64,000 nt of DNA from Candidatus Aenigmatarchaeota archaeon (GCA_044343545.1 JAWBZR010000003.1:1-64000); one strand, 5' to 3'. Numbered from the stretch's first letter, positions 29,125 through 38,994 are shown. Notes: generated by a model from the letters alone, not told the origin. Program-made: numbers and translations.

Positions 29125-30039
29125 ATGTTAAAAGATTTCTTAAGTATAAATGACATAAAAAGGGAAGAAATTTTGGATTTGTTCAAATTAACAGACAAGG
29201 TGAAAAAACATCCATACTCTGACGTGCTGAAAAATAAAATTTTTTGCTTATATTTTGAAAAACCTTCAATCAAAACAAAAATATCTTTTGAATCTGGAAT
29301 AAAACAGTTGGGTGGCGAAGTTGTTTTTATCGAGAAAAATCAAATGCTGAAAGAATTACTTGAAGATTTAATAAGAACTTTGGAAAGATATGTTCATGTA
29401 ATAGTTGCAAAGGATTTTTCTCAAAAAGATTTGGAATTAATGTCCAAGATGTCAAAAATAAACATTATTAATGCCTCATCTGACTTGGAAGACCCCTGTC
29501 AAGCTTTAGCAGATATTTATACAATAAGAGAAAAATTCGGTACATTTAAAGATATAAAATTAGCTTTTTTAGGTAATGGATGTGATAATGTCTTACATTC
29601 GCTTCTCTTAGCTGCGACAAAACTTGGTATACATGTAAATATAGCTTGTCCTGAAGGATTTGAACCTAATAAGGAAGTGTTAGAAAGAGCACAAACTCAA
29701 GCAAAAATAAGTGGAAGTAAGGTTTCGGTGGTGAGAGATCCTCAAAAAGCTGTGAAAGATGCTCACGTAATTTATACTAGTAACCAAGAAGGAAAAACTA
29801 CAAAAAAACTCTTACCGAAATATCGCATTACACAAAAACTTTTGGATAAAGTTGGAAGTGCTCTTTTCATGCACTCTTTACCTGCTTATAGAGGGGAAGA
29901 AGTTGATGAAAAAGTTATAGATGATATTAGGTCGATAGTTTTTGAGCAAGCAGAAAATAGATTGCATGTACAAAAAGCATTGATTCTTAAGATATTGGGT
30001 TTGGATAAAATTTATAATTTAAAATTTTTGATGGATTGA
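29125..30039 (+). CDS. Ornithine carbamoyltransferase homologue with degenerate active-site motifs
   Basis: FEKPSIKT, DPCQALAD, MHSLPAYRGEEV and FEQAENRLHVQKA show the OTC fold, but key residues are substituted. Confidence 0.85.
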   Translation: MLKDFLSINDIKREEILDLFKLTDKVKKHPYSDVLKNKIFCLYFEKPSIKTKISFESGIKQLGGEVVFIEKNQMLKELLEDLIRTLERYVHVIVAKDFSQKDLELMSKMSKINIINASSDLEDPCQALADIYTIREKFGTFKDIKLAFLGNGCDNVLHSLLLAATKLGIHVNIACPEGFEPNKEVLERAQTQAKISGSKVSVVRDPQKAVKDAHVIYTSNQEGKTTKKLLPKYRITQKLLDKVGSALFMHSLPAYRGEEVDEKVIDDIRSIVFEQAENRLHVQKALILKILGLDKIYNLKFLMD

Positions 30040-31044
30040 AATTGGTGTAGCTAGAGTTTCTTCATCCACGTAAAGTTTTTCATCCATCACAACCTCGCCT
30101 TCTACTATTGGCTTGGGTTCTTTCACAGCCTCTATTCTCAAAAAACTTGAACAGTACCAATCTTTTCCACTCTCAAACTGGATATGTTTAAATAAAGGTG
30201 TAATTTCTATTGGATACATTTCATCTGAGGGATAAATGCTAAACCTTCTCTTTATGTCTGTGATGACGAAACCCATTTCCAGGAGCATTTTTTCAACCTC
30301 ATACCACTTTTTTCTTGATGCTTCAAGAGTTGTCAAGCCAAAATAACCAGAGGCTCCTATACCATTTAAAGCTGAGACTCCACGAGACAAGAAAAGTTTC
30401 AATCCTTCCAATGCTTCTACAGGGTCTGTAATAAAAACATCAAATTTTCTTTTAAATTCTTTAGGTAATTCTTTTTGAACGTCATAAACAAAAGCTTCCA
30501 AATTTAGAGATAGTTTTTTTGAAACCTGGTTTATAAAATCTATAATTCTTTTATCAACATCTACAACGACTATTTTTTGAGGCAAACCTGTTAATGAAAG
30601 AGCTATACTGAGCAGATCATCATCGCCTATTATAAATATATTTCCGTGAATATCACCTCTTTGGCTAATAAACTCTACTCTCCTTATCACATCCTCAACT
30701 CTCATAGGGTCTTGATCATACTCTTCTTTTCCATTTGGTCTACCTTTTACTATCTTTTTAAATTTTTGAAAAATTTTCTTATAAACACCTCTAATAGCTA
30801 TTCCGCTTACACAATTCTTACAATCTACACTTGTTTTCAAAAAATTTTTTGCAATTTCTCTACCTTTTTTTGTCAAAGAAACCGTGTTTCTATTTATGTC
30901 TACAATCCCTTTAGTTTTCATCTCTTCCATTTTTTCGATAAATTCTTTTATGGAAGCATCCTGCTTACTTAGAATTGAAAAATAATCAGTTTCTCCCAAT
31001 AAGATATTCTGTATTATTTGTGCTTCTATTCTATCCATTATCAT
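30019..31044 (-). CDS. bpsA: Branched-chain polyamine synthase (N4-bis(aminopropyl)spermidine synthase)
   Basis: EYDQ, IGDDDLLSIA, FDVFITDP.E and LFLSRG motifs. Confidence 0.88.
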   Translation of the reverse strand: MIMDRIEAQIIQNILLGETDYFSILSKQDASIKEFIEKMEEMKTKGIVDINRNTVSLTKKGREIAKNFLKTSVDCKNCVSGIAIRGVYKKIFQKFKKIVKGRPNGKEEYDQDPMRVEDVIRRVEFISQRGDIHGNIFIIGDDDLLSIALSLTGLPQKIVVVDVDKRIIDFINQVSKKLSLNLEAFVYDVQKELPKEFKRKFDVFITDPVEALEGLKLFLSRGVSALNGIGASGYFGLTTLEASRKKWYEVEKMLLEMGFVITDIKRRFSIYPSDEMYPIEITPLFKHIQFESGKDWYCSSFLRIEAVKEPKPIVEGEVVMDEKLYVDEETLATPISIHQKF

Positions 31045-31385
31045 CCCCTGTCAAGTATATAATGTCGATAAGATTTTGGTTTGAATTTTTTCAAAAACAA
31101 TTTAAATGCCCTCTCTGCCTTTTTTTCATCTCCACAGGTGAAAATATCTACATTTACTAATTCATACTCAGGCCATGTATGAATAGATATATGGCTTTCT
31201 GCTATTAAAACAATCCCTGTAACACCTTGTTTGTCAAATTGTTTGAAAATTGCACCGACCTTATTTAATTTTGCAGAATTAACAACATCTTCGATAATCT
31301 TTCTAACTTGGGCTTCCTTGGAAATGATCCCCGGATCCACTCCATAGAGCTCTGCAATTATATGCTTTCCTACTATCATCTTCAT
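31041..31385 (-). CDS. speD: Pyruvoyl-dependent S-adenosylmethionine decarboxylase proenzyme
   Basis: GKHIIAEL, AESHISIHTWPE and DIFTCG motifs; overlaps the bpsA start. Confidence 0.9.
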   Translation of the reverse strand: MKMIVGKHIIAELYGVDPGIISKEAQVRKIIEDVVNSAKLNKVGAIFKQFDKQGVTGIVLIAESHISIHTWPEYELVNVDIFTCGDEKKAERAFKLFLKKFKPKSYRHYILDRG

Positions 31386-31518
31386 CTTGCATCTAAAAAT
31401 CACTTTAATTTTATCATGAAAAATTTTAATAAAAATTTTAATTACATATTTTTAAAATTATCTTTTTCAAAATATTAGTTAGACAATATAAAGTATTAAA
31501 TTTTTATATTGAAAAAGG

Positions 31519-32565
31519 GTGAGCCTCATAAGGCTTTTGATTGTGGGTTTTGATCCTGGCGAAAAGGCTGGGTTAGCTTTAATAGATACGTTTGGAAGAT
31601 TGATTCTCTTGACAAGTAAAAGTTCTGCAAGCCTATCTCATTTTTCTCAGATAATATTAAAATATGGTAAACCGATAATAGTGGCTACGGATAGAAAACC
31701 AACACCTAAATCAGTTGAAAAGCTGGCAAAATCCTTGGGTGCAAAAATCTACACGCCTTCGGAAACATTAACTGTAAAAGAAAAAAATGATATGGTAAAA
31801 AGATATGAAATAAACGTAAAAAATGATCATGAAAGAGATGCTGTTACCGCTGCATTAAAAGCTTACAAGCATTATGTGTCATTGTTTAAAAAAGTAAATA
31901 TATCTCTTCATTCGTTGGGATTGAATAATATATATAGCAATGTAGTCGAAAGTCTCGTGTTCGGCAAAGCAGAAAATTTGGATGAAGCAATTAATAAGGC
32001 TTTAAGTTTTAATAAGGAAGAAGTTAAAGTCGTAAAGCATTCTAGCAAAACCGAAAAGAAGGTTGATGTGGGCAGACTTGAAAAAGATTTGGAAATTTTG
32101 AGAAAGTATAATGAAAGGTTGAAAGAAGAAATAAAAAGGTTGAAAATGAAACCTAAGATAAAAGTTGTTATTCCAAAAAAAGAATTAGATGAAATGAATA
32201 AAACTTTGGAATTTATAAAGGCTTTGAGAAGACTAGAATTGCAAGGTTTCATACCAATAATAGAAGTAAATTTCGAAAATGCAGAAGATATTGATAAGAA
32301 AATAGATTTGATGGGTAGGGTTGTACATTGCGAGGAAAATAACTTGGAGTTTCTCAATAAATATCAAGTAAAAGCCTTGATAAGTTTCAAAGAAATTTCT
32401 ATAGGAAAGTTGGACTATCCTGTCATTGTTTTAGATGAAAAAGAACTGAAAGAAAAGGATGGAATAAAGTATATAGAGAAAGAAATTTTGGAAGAAAAAT
32501 TAAAAGAAGCGAGGAAAAAAGGGCTGATTGAATGGATAAAAGATTACAAAAAGAGAAGAATTTAA
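31519..32565 (+). CDS. DUF460-family protein (RNase H-like N-domain plus coiled coil)
   Basis: IVGFDPG, GKPIIVATD and NDHERDA motifs. Confidence 0.8.
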   Translation: MSLIRLLIVGFDPGEKAGLALIDTFGRLILLTSKSSASLSHFSQIILKYGKPIIVATDRKPTPKSVEKLAKSLGAKIYTPSETLTVKEKNDMVKRYEINVKNDHERDAVTAALKAYKHYVSLFKKVNISLHSLGLNNIYSNVVESLVFGKAENLDEAINKALSFNKEEVKVVKHSSKTEKKVDVGRLEKDLEILRKYNERLKEEIKRLKMKPKIKVVIPKKELDEMNKTLEFIKALRRLELQGFIPIIEVNFENAEDIDKKIDLMGRVVHCEENNLEFLNKYQVKALISFKEISIGKLDYPVIVLDEKELKEKDGIKYIEKEILEEKLKEARKKGLIEWIKDYKKRRI

Positions 32566-33050
32566 AGAACGTTTTATGGTTTTTTTTAAAGTTGAATCTT
32601 TTCTTAATACCGTTTTATCTTGTTATATATTTTGATGTAAAATATGAACCCCTACAAATTTTGTTCGCAAGTGCAATAAAAAAGTTCTTGAGTGTTTTTG
32701 GTTTTGAAATATTACAAGACAGTTTTATTCTCTATCTTGGCCCTGAGAGGTATGCTGTAGACATATCTTTCGATTGTATAGGATGGAAATCTGCTTACTC
32801 ACTCTTCGCCTTGGTAATTTCTTCGCCGGGTTTGTGGAAAGAGAAATTTGCCTTTTTATCTAAATGGTTGCCGTTAACATTTTTAATAAATTTTCTTAGA
32901 GTCATATTTGCATTGATCGTTGGTTTTGTCTTTGGGTTTAGAATAATGGCTCCCTTACATGATTACGTACTTCAACCCTTTATGATTGTGTTGGTTTTGT
33001 CTTTGTGGATGCTCTATATGAATAGGAGAAGATTTATAGAGAAGAAATGA
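32532..33050 (+). CDS. Archaeosortase/exosortase-family membrane protein
   Basis: Multi-TM; ISFDCIGWKS (catalytic Cys), INFLRV (Arg) and LHD (His). Confidence 0.75.
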   Translation: MDKRLQKEKNLKNVLWFFLKLNLFLIPFYLVIYFDVKYEPLQILFASAIKKFLSVFGFEILQDSFILYLGPERYAVDISFDCIGWKSAYSLFALVISSPGLWKEKFAFLSKWLPLTFLINFLRVIFALIVGFVFGFRIMAPLHDYVLQPFMIVLVLSLWMLYMNRRRFIEKK

Positions 33051-34258
33051 TAATTAATATTAAGATGTCTGCGTCTAGAGAAGAAACAAAAACGAAAATA
33101 TTGGAATTTGAGAGACGCATAGCTGAGTTAGGTTTAGAAATAGAAAAAATAAAAAAAGATTTTAATGATGTTTGGGGCATAGTACCATATGTAAAAGGAA
33201 GGGTAGAAGACTTGGAGATAAATGTAGATGTAATTATATTGGGCCTCAGCGACTTGAAAGACCAAATATCATCGATCTCGGGAGAACTAAATTCTTTCAA
33301 AAAGACTTTTTTCGAAAATGTAGAAGAATATAACAATCGATTACAAGCTCTCAAAATGGATTTAAATCGAATTGTGGCGACGATTGAAAATAACAAGCTA
33401 AGCAATGAAAGTAATTTAAAAGCGATGAATGAAGATTTCCAGAAAAGGATAGATGTCTTAAAAGAAGTCATAGATAAATGTTTGGCACAAATAGATTTGA
33501 TGCAAAAAAACATTGATTCAATTAATGGTAACGTTAAAGCGTTGCAAAAAGTTATTGAAATGACGGATAATTCTGCTTTGGTAAAACAAATAGATGTTCT
33601 AAATAGCAAAATAGTGAATTTAAACGTAGCTTTAGAACAAGTAAAAAATTCTATACCTGACAATAGTGGCTTGGCTAGGGATATAAGCATCTTAAATAGC
33701 AAGATACAAACCGTTCAAATGAACTTGATGGATGTTAAAAATGATCTTGCAGAGAAAGAAAAAAGAATAGCTCTAAATGAAATCGAGATTGAAAAGATAA
33801 AAGGTTCCACTAAAACTTCCATCGAGGAAATTAATGAAAAAATTAAAGAACAGGATGAAAAATTCATAAAGGCAAAAAATTTGGATGTTTTAGCTACCTT
33901 CGGTCTTGAAGCAAAAAAAAGAATTAATGAGATGGAAAAGATGAAAATGGATACAGAGGTAATGTATAAATCAATGCAAAAAATGAGTTATGAGATGAAT
34001 AAGAGAATGTATGATTTTGCTTTGTTAAAAAACGAATTCGAAAAGATTAAAAAAGATGTTGAAAATTTGAGAGTTTTAATAGAAAAGCCAAAAGTTGAGC
34101 AATATGATATGGGTAAATTTTTGGAAGAACTGAAAAACAAAATAGCAGTTCCTGATAAAACTTTATTGGAAATAATTGAAAAAATGAAAAAGTTGGAAGA
34201 AAGGTTAGCTTTACTTGAAATTTCGAGAAAGACAGAAATACCTGCTATTCTTGAATAA
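33047..34258 (+). CDS. Long coiled-coil protein
   Basis: Heptad-rich E/K/L/I composition throughout; no catalytic motifs. Confidence 0.65.
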   Translation: MIINIKMSASREETKTKILEFERRIAELGLEIEKIKKDFNDVWGIVPYVKGRVEDLEINVDVIILGLSDLKDQISSISGELNSFKKTFFENVEEYNNRLQALKMDLNRIVATIENNKLSNESNLKAMNEDFQKRIDVLKEVIDKCLAQIDLMQKNIDSINGNVKALQKVIEMTDNSALVKQIDVLNSKIVNLNVALEQVKNSIPDNSGLARDISILNSKIQTVQMNLMDVKNDLAEKEKRIALNEIEIEKIKGSTKTSIEEINEKIKEQDEKFIKAKNLDVLATFGLEAKKRINEMEKMKMDTEVMYKSMQKMSYEMNKRMYDFALLKNEFEKIKKDVENLRVLIEKPKVEQYDMGKFLEELKNKIAVPDKTLLEIIEKMKKLEERLALLEISRKTEIPAILE

Positions 34259-34269
34259 AGTTAAAAATT

Positions 34270-34701
34270 TTAAAATTTAATTTTTTCCCAATCCTCAATG
34301 CCACCATCAACCACATTGAAAAGAGGTGAAGGTTCTATTTCCTCGTTCATTATTTCTTTAAATTTTTTCTTATCTCTTCTTTCAAGTTTTTTCAACAAAT
34401 ATCGAAATTCATACTTCAATTGGCCCCTCTTGACATCTATAACACCTTTCAAATGTGTAATCTGTATTTTTGACCTGTCAAACTTGTAACCTCTTCTTTC
34501 AGCTTCTTCTAAAGTATATGTTAAAAAAGAATTTATAGCCTTTATCGGCTCAGGGTAAAGTTTGAATCTTTGAAGCTGAGGATGATTTTTATAACCTTTC
34601 GTTTTCCCTTCTAAAACTTTCTTTGCTAACAATCCTTCTCTCCATTGAGCTACTAATCCTTTTGAATCAAGATACTTTGGGTGCAAACTCCATAAACGCA
34701 T
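34270..34701 (-). CDS. Pyrimidine dimer DNA glycosylase / T4 endonuclease V-like protein
   Basis: MRLWSLHPKYLD.KGLVAQWREGLLA and GYKNHPQL.RF motifs. Confidence 0.88.
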   Translation of the reverse strand: MRLWSLHPKYLDSKGLVAQWREGLLAKKVLEGKTKGYKNHPQLQRFKLYPEPIKAINSFLTYTLEEAERRGYKFDRSKIQITHLKGVIDVKRGQLKYEFRYLLKKLERRDKKKFKEIMNEEIEPSPLFNVVDGGIEDWEKIKF

Positions 34702-34757
34702 ATTAAGTATTTTTAAAAAAATGTTTTATAAGTTTGAAACTTTTACGTGGGAGCTAT

Positions 34758-35834
34758 TTACGTAGGAATAACAGCCATATTATCAAAATCTTCCCAACGA
34801 GGTATATTGAACAAAGTATATACTCCACTTATAGGATCATTTACTATAAATGCTCTTTGTCCATATCTATAAGTCACGCCAGTAACAACCACTGCGTGTT
34901 CGCCATATATTAGCTTGAAAGTTTGACCTGTTTCTGGATCAGTTTCGGTTTCTACCGGGTTTGTGCGTCTGGATAACCAAACTATTACTGGCTTTCCTTG
35001 CATTATTGCATCTTCTAACATATCATAGTTTGCACTAACAGCTATTGAAGGAATACCATTATTGGTTAATAATTCGGCTATAGGCTCATTATATACCCCG
35101 TATCCTACAGGATTATTATATCCAGGTGGTGGGTTGCAATACGTAGATACATAACCATTTATTTCGCCTCTAAAGCCTCTGTGTGGATTGCAATGTTTGG
35201 GAATTTCTCTAACAAATTTTTCTTCCCAATAATCTGTTGATCCTTTTTTATAATAGGAAGCTATCATTGCAGCTGATGATAACTCGCAACTTAATTTATA
35301 ATTTTGGCGATCCAGGGGTACGTTTAATATTTTTTCCAAAAAAGTTGTTGTTGTTTGGCGAGTTGTTGTTGTTCTTGTGGTTGTTGTTGTTTGGCGAGTT
35401 GTTGTTGTTCTTGTGGTTGTTGTTTGGCGAGTTGTTGTTGTTCTTGTGGTTGTTGTTTGGCGAGTTGTTGTTGTTCTTGTGGTTGTTGTTGTTTGGCGAG
35501 TTGTTGTTGTTCTTGTGGTTGTTGGAGTAGAAGTAATTTGCGGACAATTAACTGTTCTGCAACAATATTCGTTTGGTTTGCATTGATATCTACCTAAACT
35601 TCCTATTCTACCTGCGACACAACAATCTGATCTACAAGAAGCATAACCAGAACCGTCAAGAAATGTATTACACGGTGGGTCTGTTGTAGCAGAACTATAA
35701 CGTATTGCTCCAAAATATTTTTTGAAAAAATCTAACACAGCATTTAAAAATTTTCCTTGAATATTATATTGAACTATAGCCGCAAATATTATTAACAAAA
35801 CCAAAATTGAAACAAAAATTAAAATTTTTTCCAT
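34758..35834 (-). CDS. Membrane-anchored C39-like cysteine peptidase on a Thr-rich stalk
   Basis: N-terminal TM, Cys-rich minidomain, TTRQTTTT repeats; Q..LSCE, EHAVVVTG and VNDP catalytic motifs. Confidence 0.8.
   Translation of the reverse strand: MEKILIFVSILVLLIIFAAIVQYNIQGKFLNAVLDFFKKYFGAIRYSSATTDPPCNTFLDGSGYASCRSDCCVAGRIGSLGRYQCKPNEYCCRTVNCPQITSTPTTTRTTTTRQTTTTTRTTTTRQTTTTRTTTTRQTTTTRTTTTRQTTTTTRTTTTRQTTTTFLEKILNVPLDRQNYKLSCELSSAAMIASYYKKGSTDYWEEKFVREIPKHCNPHRGFRGEINGYVSTYCNPPPGYNNPVGYGVYNEPIAELLTNNGIPSIAVSANYDMLEDAIMQGKPVIVWLSRRTNPVETETDPETGQTFKLIYGEHAVVVTGVTYRYGQRAFIVNDPISGVYTLFNIPRWEDFDNMAVIPT
35344..35523. repeat. Coding tandem repeat, about 5 x 33-36 bp (Thr-rich stalk)
   Basis: Unit gttgttgtt(gtt)tggcgagttgttgttgttcttgtg repeated. 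Confidence 0.9.
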
Positions 35835-35921
35835 AAACAATTAATTTTGATTTCTTAAATATAAATATTTTTTTCGGCTAAATAGCTTACACATTTAAAC
35901 TAATTTTCTAAAATTAAAGTA

Positions 35922-37964
35922 ATGCAAAGCTTTATTGTTCTTTTAGCAGAAAAACCTCAAGCAGCATTGAAAATAGCACAAGCATTAGCTGAAGGAGAAA
36001 TTAACAAGAAAAGCGCAAACAACGCTTATTGGTTTGAATTCTATAGAAATGGAGTAAAGCATGTCTGCTTACCTGCAGCAGGTCACTTGTTCGTATTGGA
36101 TTCCAAAAATAAAAAATGGGATTATCCCATTTTTGAAATGGAGTGGGTTCCACCTCACAAAAAAAAGGTTAAATTTTCCTTAGCATATTACAAGAATCTA
36201 AAAAAATTTGAAAACGCAAAGAATGTCATTATCTGTTGCGATTACGATGTAGAAGGAGAAGTTATAGGATATAATATTTTAAGATTTATTTTTGGCAAAG
36301 AAGATGCGAAAAGGATGAAGTTTTCTACCCTCACAAAAACTGAGCTAATTGAAGCATATGAGAATGCTATGGATCATTTGGATTTTGGCCAAGTCAAAGC
36401 AGGTCTAACGAGACATTACTTGGATTTTTTATGGGGAATAAACACAACAAGAGCCCTCACCATTTCAATGAAAAAAGCTATGGGTGGCTTTTCCATAGTT
36501 TCAACTGGAAGAGTTCAAGGACCTACTCTCTATTTGCTCACGAAAAGAGAAAGAGAAATAGCTAATTTTGTACCAAAACCATATTGGGAATTGGAATTGG
36601 TTGTATTAAAAAATGACAAAGAGATAATAGCAACATACGAAAAAGGAAAGTTATGGTCGAAAGAAGAAGCTGAAAAAATACTGAATGATTGCAAAGATAA
36701 AGATGTTATCGTCGTTGAAGTTAAAAAAAAGGAAAGTAAATTGATGCCTCCCACACCTTTCGACACGACAAGTTTGCAGACAGAAGCCTATAGATGTTTC
36801 GGTTTTTCACCAACACAAACCTTAAACATAGCAGAATCTCTTTATACTTCAGGTTTTATTTCTTATCCGCGAACTAGCAGTCAAAAGTTACCTGAAAAGA
36901 TAGGATATAAAAGCATATTTCAAGCATTAAAAAATATTAAAGAATTTTCGCTTTATGCGGAAGAAATTTTAAGTAAAAATGTTCTCAAGCCAAGAGAAGG
37001 CAAGAAAGATGATCCTGCTCATCCCGCTATATATCCCACCTCGCAAACACCAAAATTGAATGATCTGAATCAACAAGAAAGAAAGCTTTACGAGCTAATT
37101 GTAAGAAGATTTTTTGCTGTTTTTGCAGATGAAGCCATAAGAAAATTGTTAAAAATAGTTATGGACATAAACGGATACAAATTCGTTGCGAGAGGTTATG
37201 AAACTTTAAGTTTGGGATGGATGAAATATTATCCTTTTGTTGAAGCAAAAAAAGTTGAGTTGCCTGAAGTGAAAAAAGGTGAATTGTTGAAGCAAAAAAA
37301 GTTGAGCTTGTTAGAAAAACAAACAAAACCGCCAGAGAGATATACTCAAGCTTCGATTTTAAAAGAAATGGAAAAGAATAATTTGGGTACGAAAGCAACG
37401 AGAGCCCAAATATTACAAACTTTATATGACAGAGGTTATATAGAAGGGAAAAGTATCAAAGTTACTAGTTTTGGAATGGCAGTAATAGAAGCATTGGAAA
37501 AATATTGTCCAGAAATCATAGATGTAAATCTAACCGCAAAATTCGAAAAGGAAATGGAGCTAATAAGAGAAAAAAAGAAGGAAATGGAAGACGTGATAGA
37601 AGAAGCGAAAAATGTTTTGCAAGTAATATTGAAAGAATTTAAAGAAAATGAAAGAGACATAGGTGGATTTTTGGCAAAAAAATACAATATCATGAGGAAA
37701 GAAAAAAATGTTTTAGGCAAATGTCCCTATTGTGGAAGTGATATATTAGTTATAACATCAAAATCTTCTGGTAAAAGATTTGCCGGATGCTCTAACCATA
37801 AAAATGGCTGTAATTTTTCTTTATCTTTACCCCAGAAAGGTGAGATTTACCATACACAAAAAAAATGTGAAAAATGTGGGATGCCGATGATAACGATAAA
37901 ATATAAAGGTAAAAAACCTTTTTCTACGTGCATGAATTATCAATGTAGAAAAAAATCAGCATGA
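35922..37964 (+). CDS. topA: DNA topoisomerase IA with C-terminal zinc ribbons
   Basis: AEKP, DYDVEGE, STGRVQGP, ISYPRT (catalytic Tyr), AHPAIYPT and LGTKATR motifs. Confidence 0.96.
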   Translation: MQSFIVLLAEKPQAALKIAQALAEGEINKKSANNAYWFEFYRNGVKHVCLPAAGHLFVLDSKNKKWDYPIFEMEWVPPHKKKVKFSLAYYKNLKKFENAKNVIICCDYDVEGEVIGYNILRFIFGKEDAKRMKFSTLTKTELIEAYENAMDHLDFGQVKAGLTRHYLDFLWGINTTRALTISMKKAMGGFSIVSTGRVQGPTLYLLTKREREIANFVPKPYWELELVVLKNDKEIIATYEKGKLWSKEEAEKILNDCKDKDVIVVEVKKKESKLMPPTPFDTTSLQTEAYRCFGFSPTQTLNIAESLYTSGFISYPRTSSQKLPEKIGYKSIFQALKNIKEFSLYAEEILSKNVLKPREGKKDDPAHPAIYPTSQTPKLNDLNQQERKLYELIVRRFFAVFADEAIRKLLKIVMDINGYKFVARGYETLSLGWMKYYPFVEAKKVELPEVKKGELLKQKKLSLLEKQTKPPERYTQASILKEMEKNNLGTKATRAQILQTLYDRGYIEGKSIKVTSFGMAVIEALEKYCPEIIDVNLTAKFEKEMELIREKKKEMEDVIEEAKNVLQVILKEFKENERDIGGFLAKKYNIMRKEKNVLGKCPYCGSDILVITSKSSGKRFAGCSNHKNGCNFSLSLPQKGEIYHTQKKCEKCGMPMITIKYKGKKPFSTCMNYQCRKKSA

Positions 37965-38576
37965 GTATTCAATTGCGCCACTGAATGTTGTATTGAAGCA
38001 AGTAATGTCATTATTTGAAAAGATGTAATAAGTTTTTGATGTGTTGGTGTTTTTAAATTTCAAGCAACAAAAACCACCGACATAATCGTTTATGTAGTTT
38101 AACTTTAATTGCTCAAAACTTGACTGCAAATTGTTTTTATCTCTCTCAGAATTTCGCAAATCATCTTTACACTCGTCATAATCATCCTTAAGTTGACTGT
38201 ATTTTATTTTTAATTCATCATAATTATCTTCACATTTTGTCAAATCCTTCGTGCAAATTGTTAATTTATCATTCAAGTTGTTCCTTTCAGTTTGGCAAGA
38301 AGTAAGAGAGGATATTTTTCCTTGCAAGTTTAAGCTACAAGTTTCCAGATCTGCATTGGATTGCTCCTGGGCTGTTAAGCAATTAGATAATTCTGACTTT
38401 AATGTCGTTACATTTGATTCCAAGATTTTAACATACTTTCCTGTTTTGATGGAAACACCCGTCAAGCCAACGACTAGAAGAATTAAAACGGTAACGAGAA
38501 CCCAAATGTTTATAAGTGGATTTTGTGTATTGTAGCTTCTCCAGTAATTTTTCCATTGACAAATCATCATAATCAC
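37956..38576 (-). CDS. Membrane-anchored coiled-coil protein with heptad-spaced cysteines
   Basis: Single TM, then a coiled coil with Cys at 14/14/14/7/21 spacing and a small Cys C-domain; start uncertain. Confidence 0.65.
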   Translation of the reverse strand: MIMMICQWKNYWRSYNTQNPLINIWVLVTVLILLVVGLTGVSIKTGKYVKILESNVTTLKSELSNCLTAQEQSNADLETCSLNLQGKISSLTSCQTERNNLNDKLTICTKDLTKCEDNYDELKIKYSQLKDDYDECKDDLRNSERDKNNLQSSFEQLKLNYINDYVGGFCCLKFKNTNTSKTYYIFSNNDITCFNTTFSGAIEYSC

Positions 38577-38595
38577 TTTGGTTTTTCTTGTTTAT

Positions 38596-38922
38596 TTATT
38601 TTTCTGTCTTGAAACTAAGTTTCAATTCTGGTATTTTTGGTGGTGTATTCATTATATCCATCGCTGCTTCTATCGCTTTCAAACCTCTTAAAGTGAGGAC
38701 GTAGGAATTACCTTTTTTCGTGATAAAACCATTTTCAAGCAGACAGTTTAGATGCTTGTAGACTTCGCTGCTTCCTATCGGTATTCCCATTCTTTCGAAC
38801 CACTTTGTAATCATTGTATAGCCCATCGGCTCGCTCTGTAATATGAAGAGCAATAACAGCCTTTTTCCTGAAGCAAATGTTTGACTTATATCAAAAATAT
38901 CCTGTATTGTTTTTTCGTTCAT
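38596..38922 (-). CDS. ArsR-like winged-helix protein
   Basis: KRLLLLFIL, EVYKHLNCL..NGFI and YVLTLRG motifs. Confidence 0.7.
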   Translation of the reverse strand: MNEKTIQDIFDISQTFASGKRLLLLFILQSEPMGYTMITKWFERMGIPIGSSEVYKHLNCLLENGFITKKGNSYVLTLRGLKAIEAAMDIMNTPPKIPELKLSFKTEK

Positions 38923-38994
38923 ATAATTACCTTAAAGTAAGTAAAATTTATAACCTTTTAATGAAAAAGAATTTAAAGTTTATTGAAATTTTGG

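Noticed and set aside
35344..35523. Regular 33-36 bp repeats as a CRISPR array
   Set aside because: No unique spacers; in-frame Thr-rich coding repeat; no cas genes in the window
35237..35597. Poly-Cys, poly-Val, poly-Asn and Leu-rich ORFs in the track
   Set aside because: Alternative-frame shadows of the Thr-codon repeat
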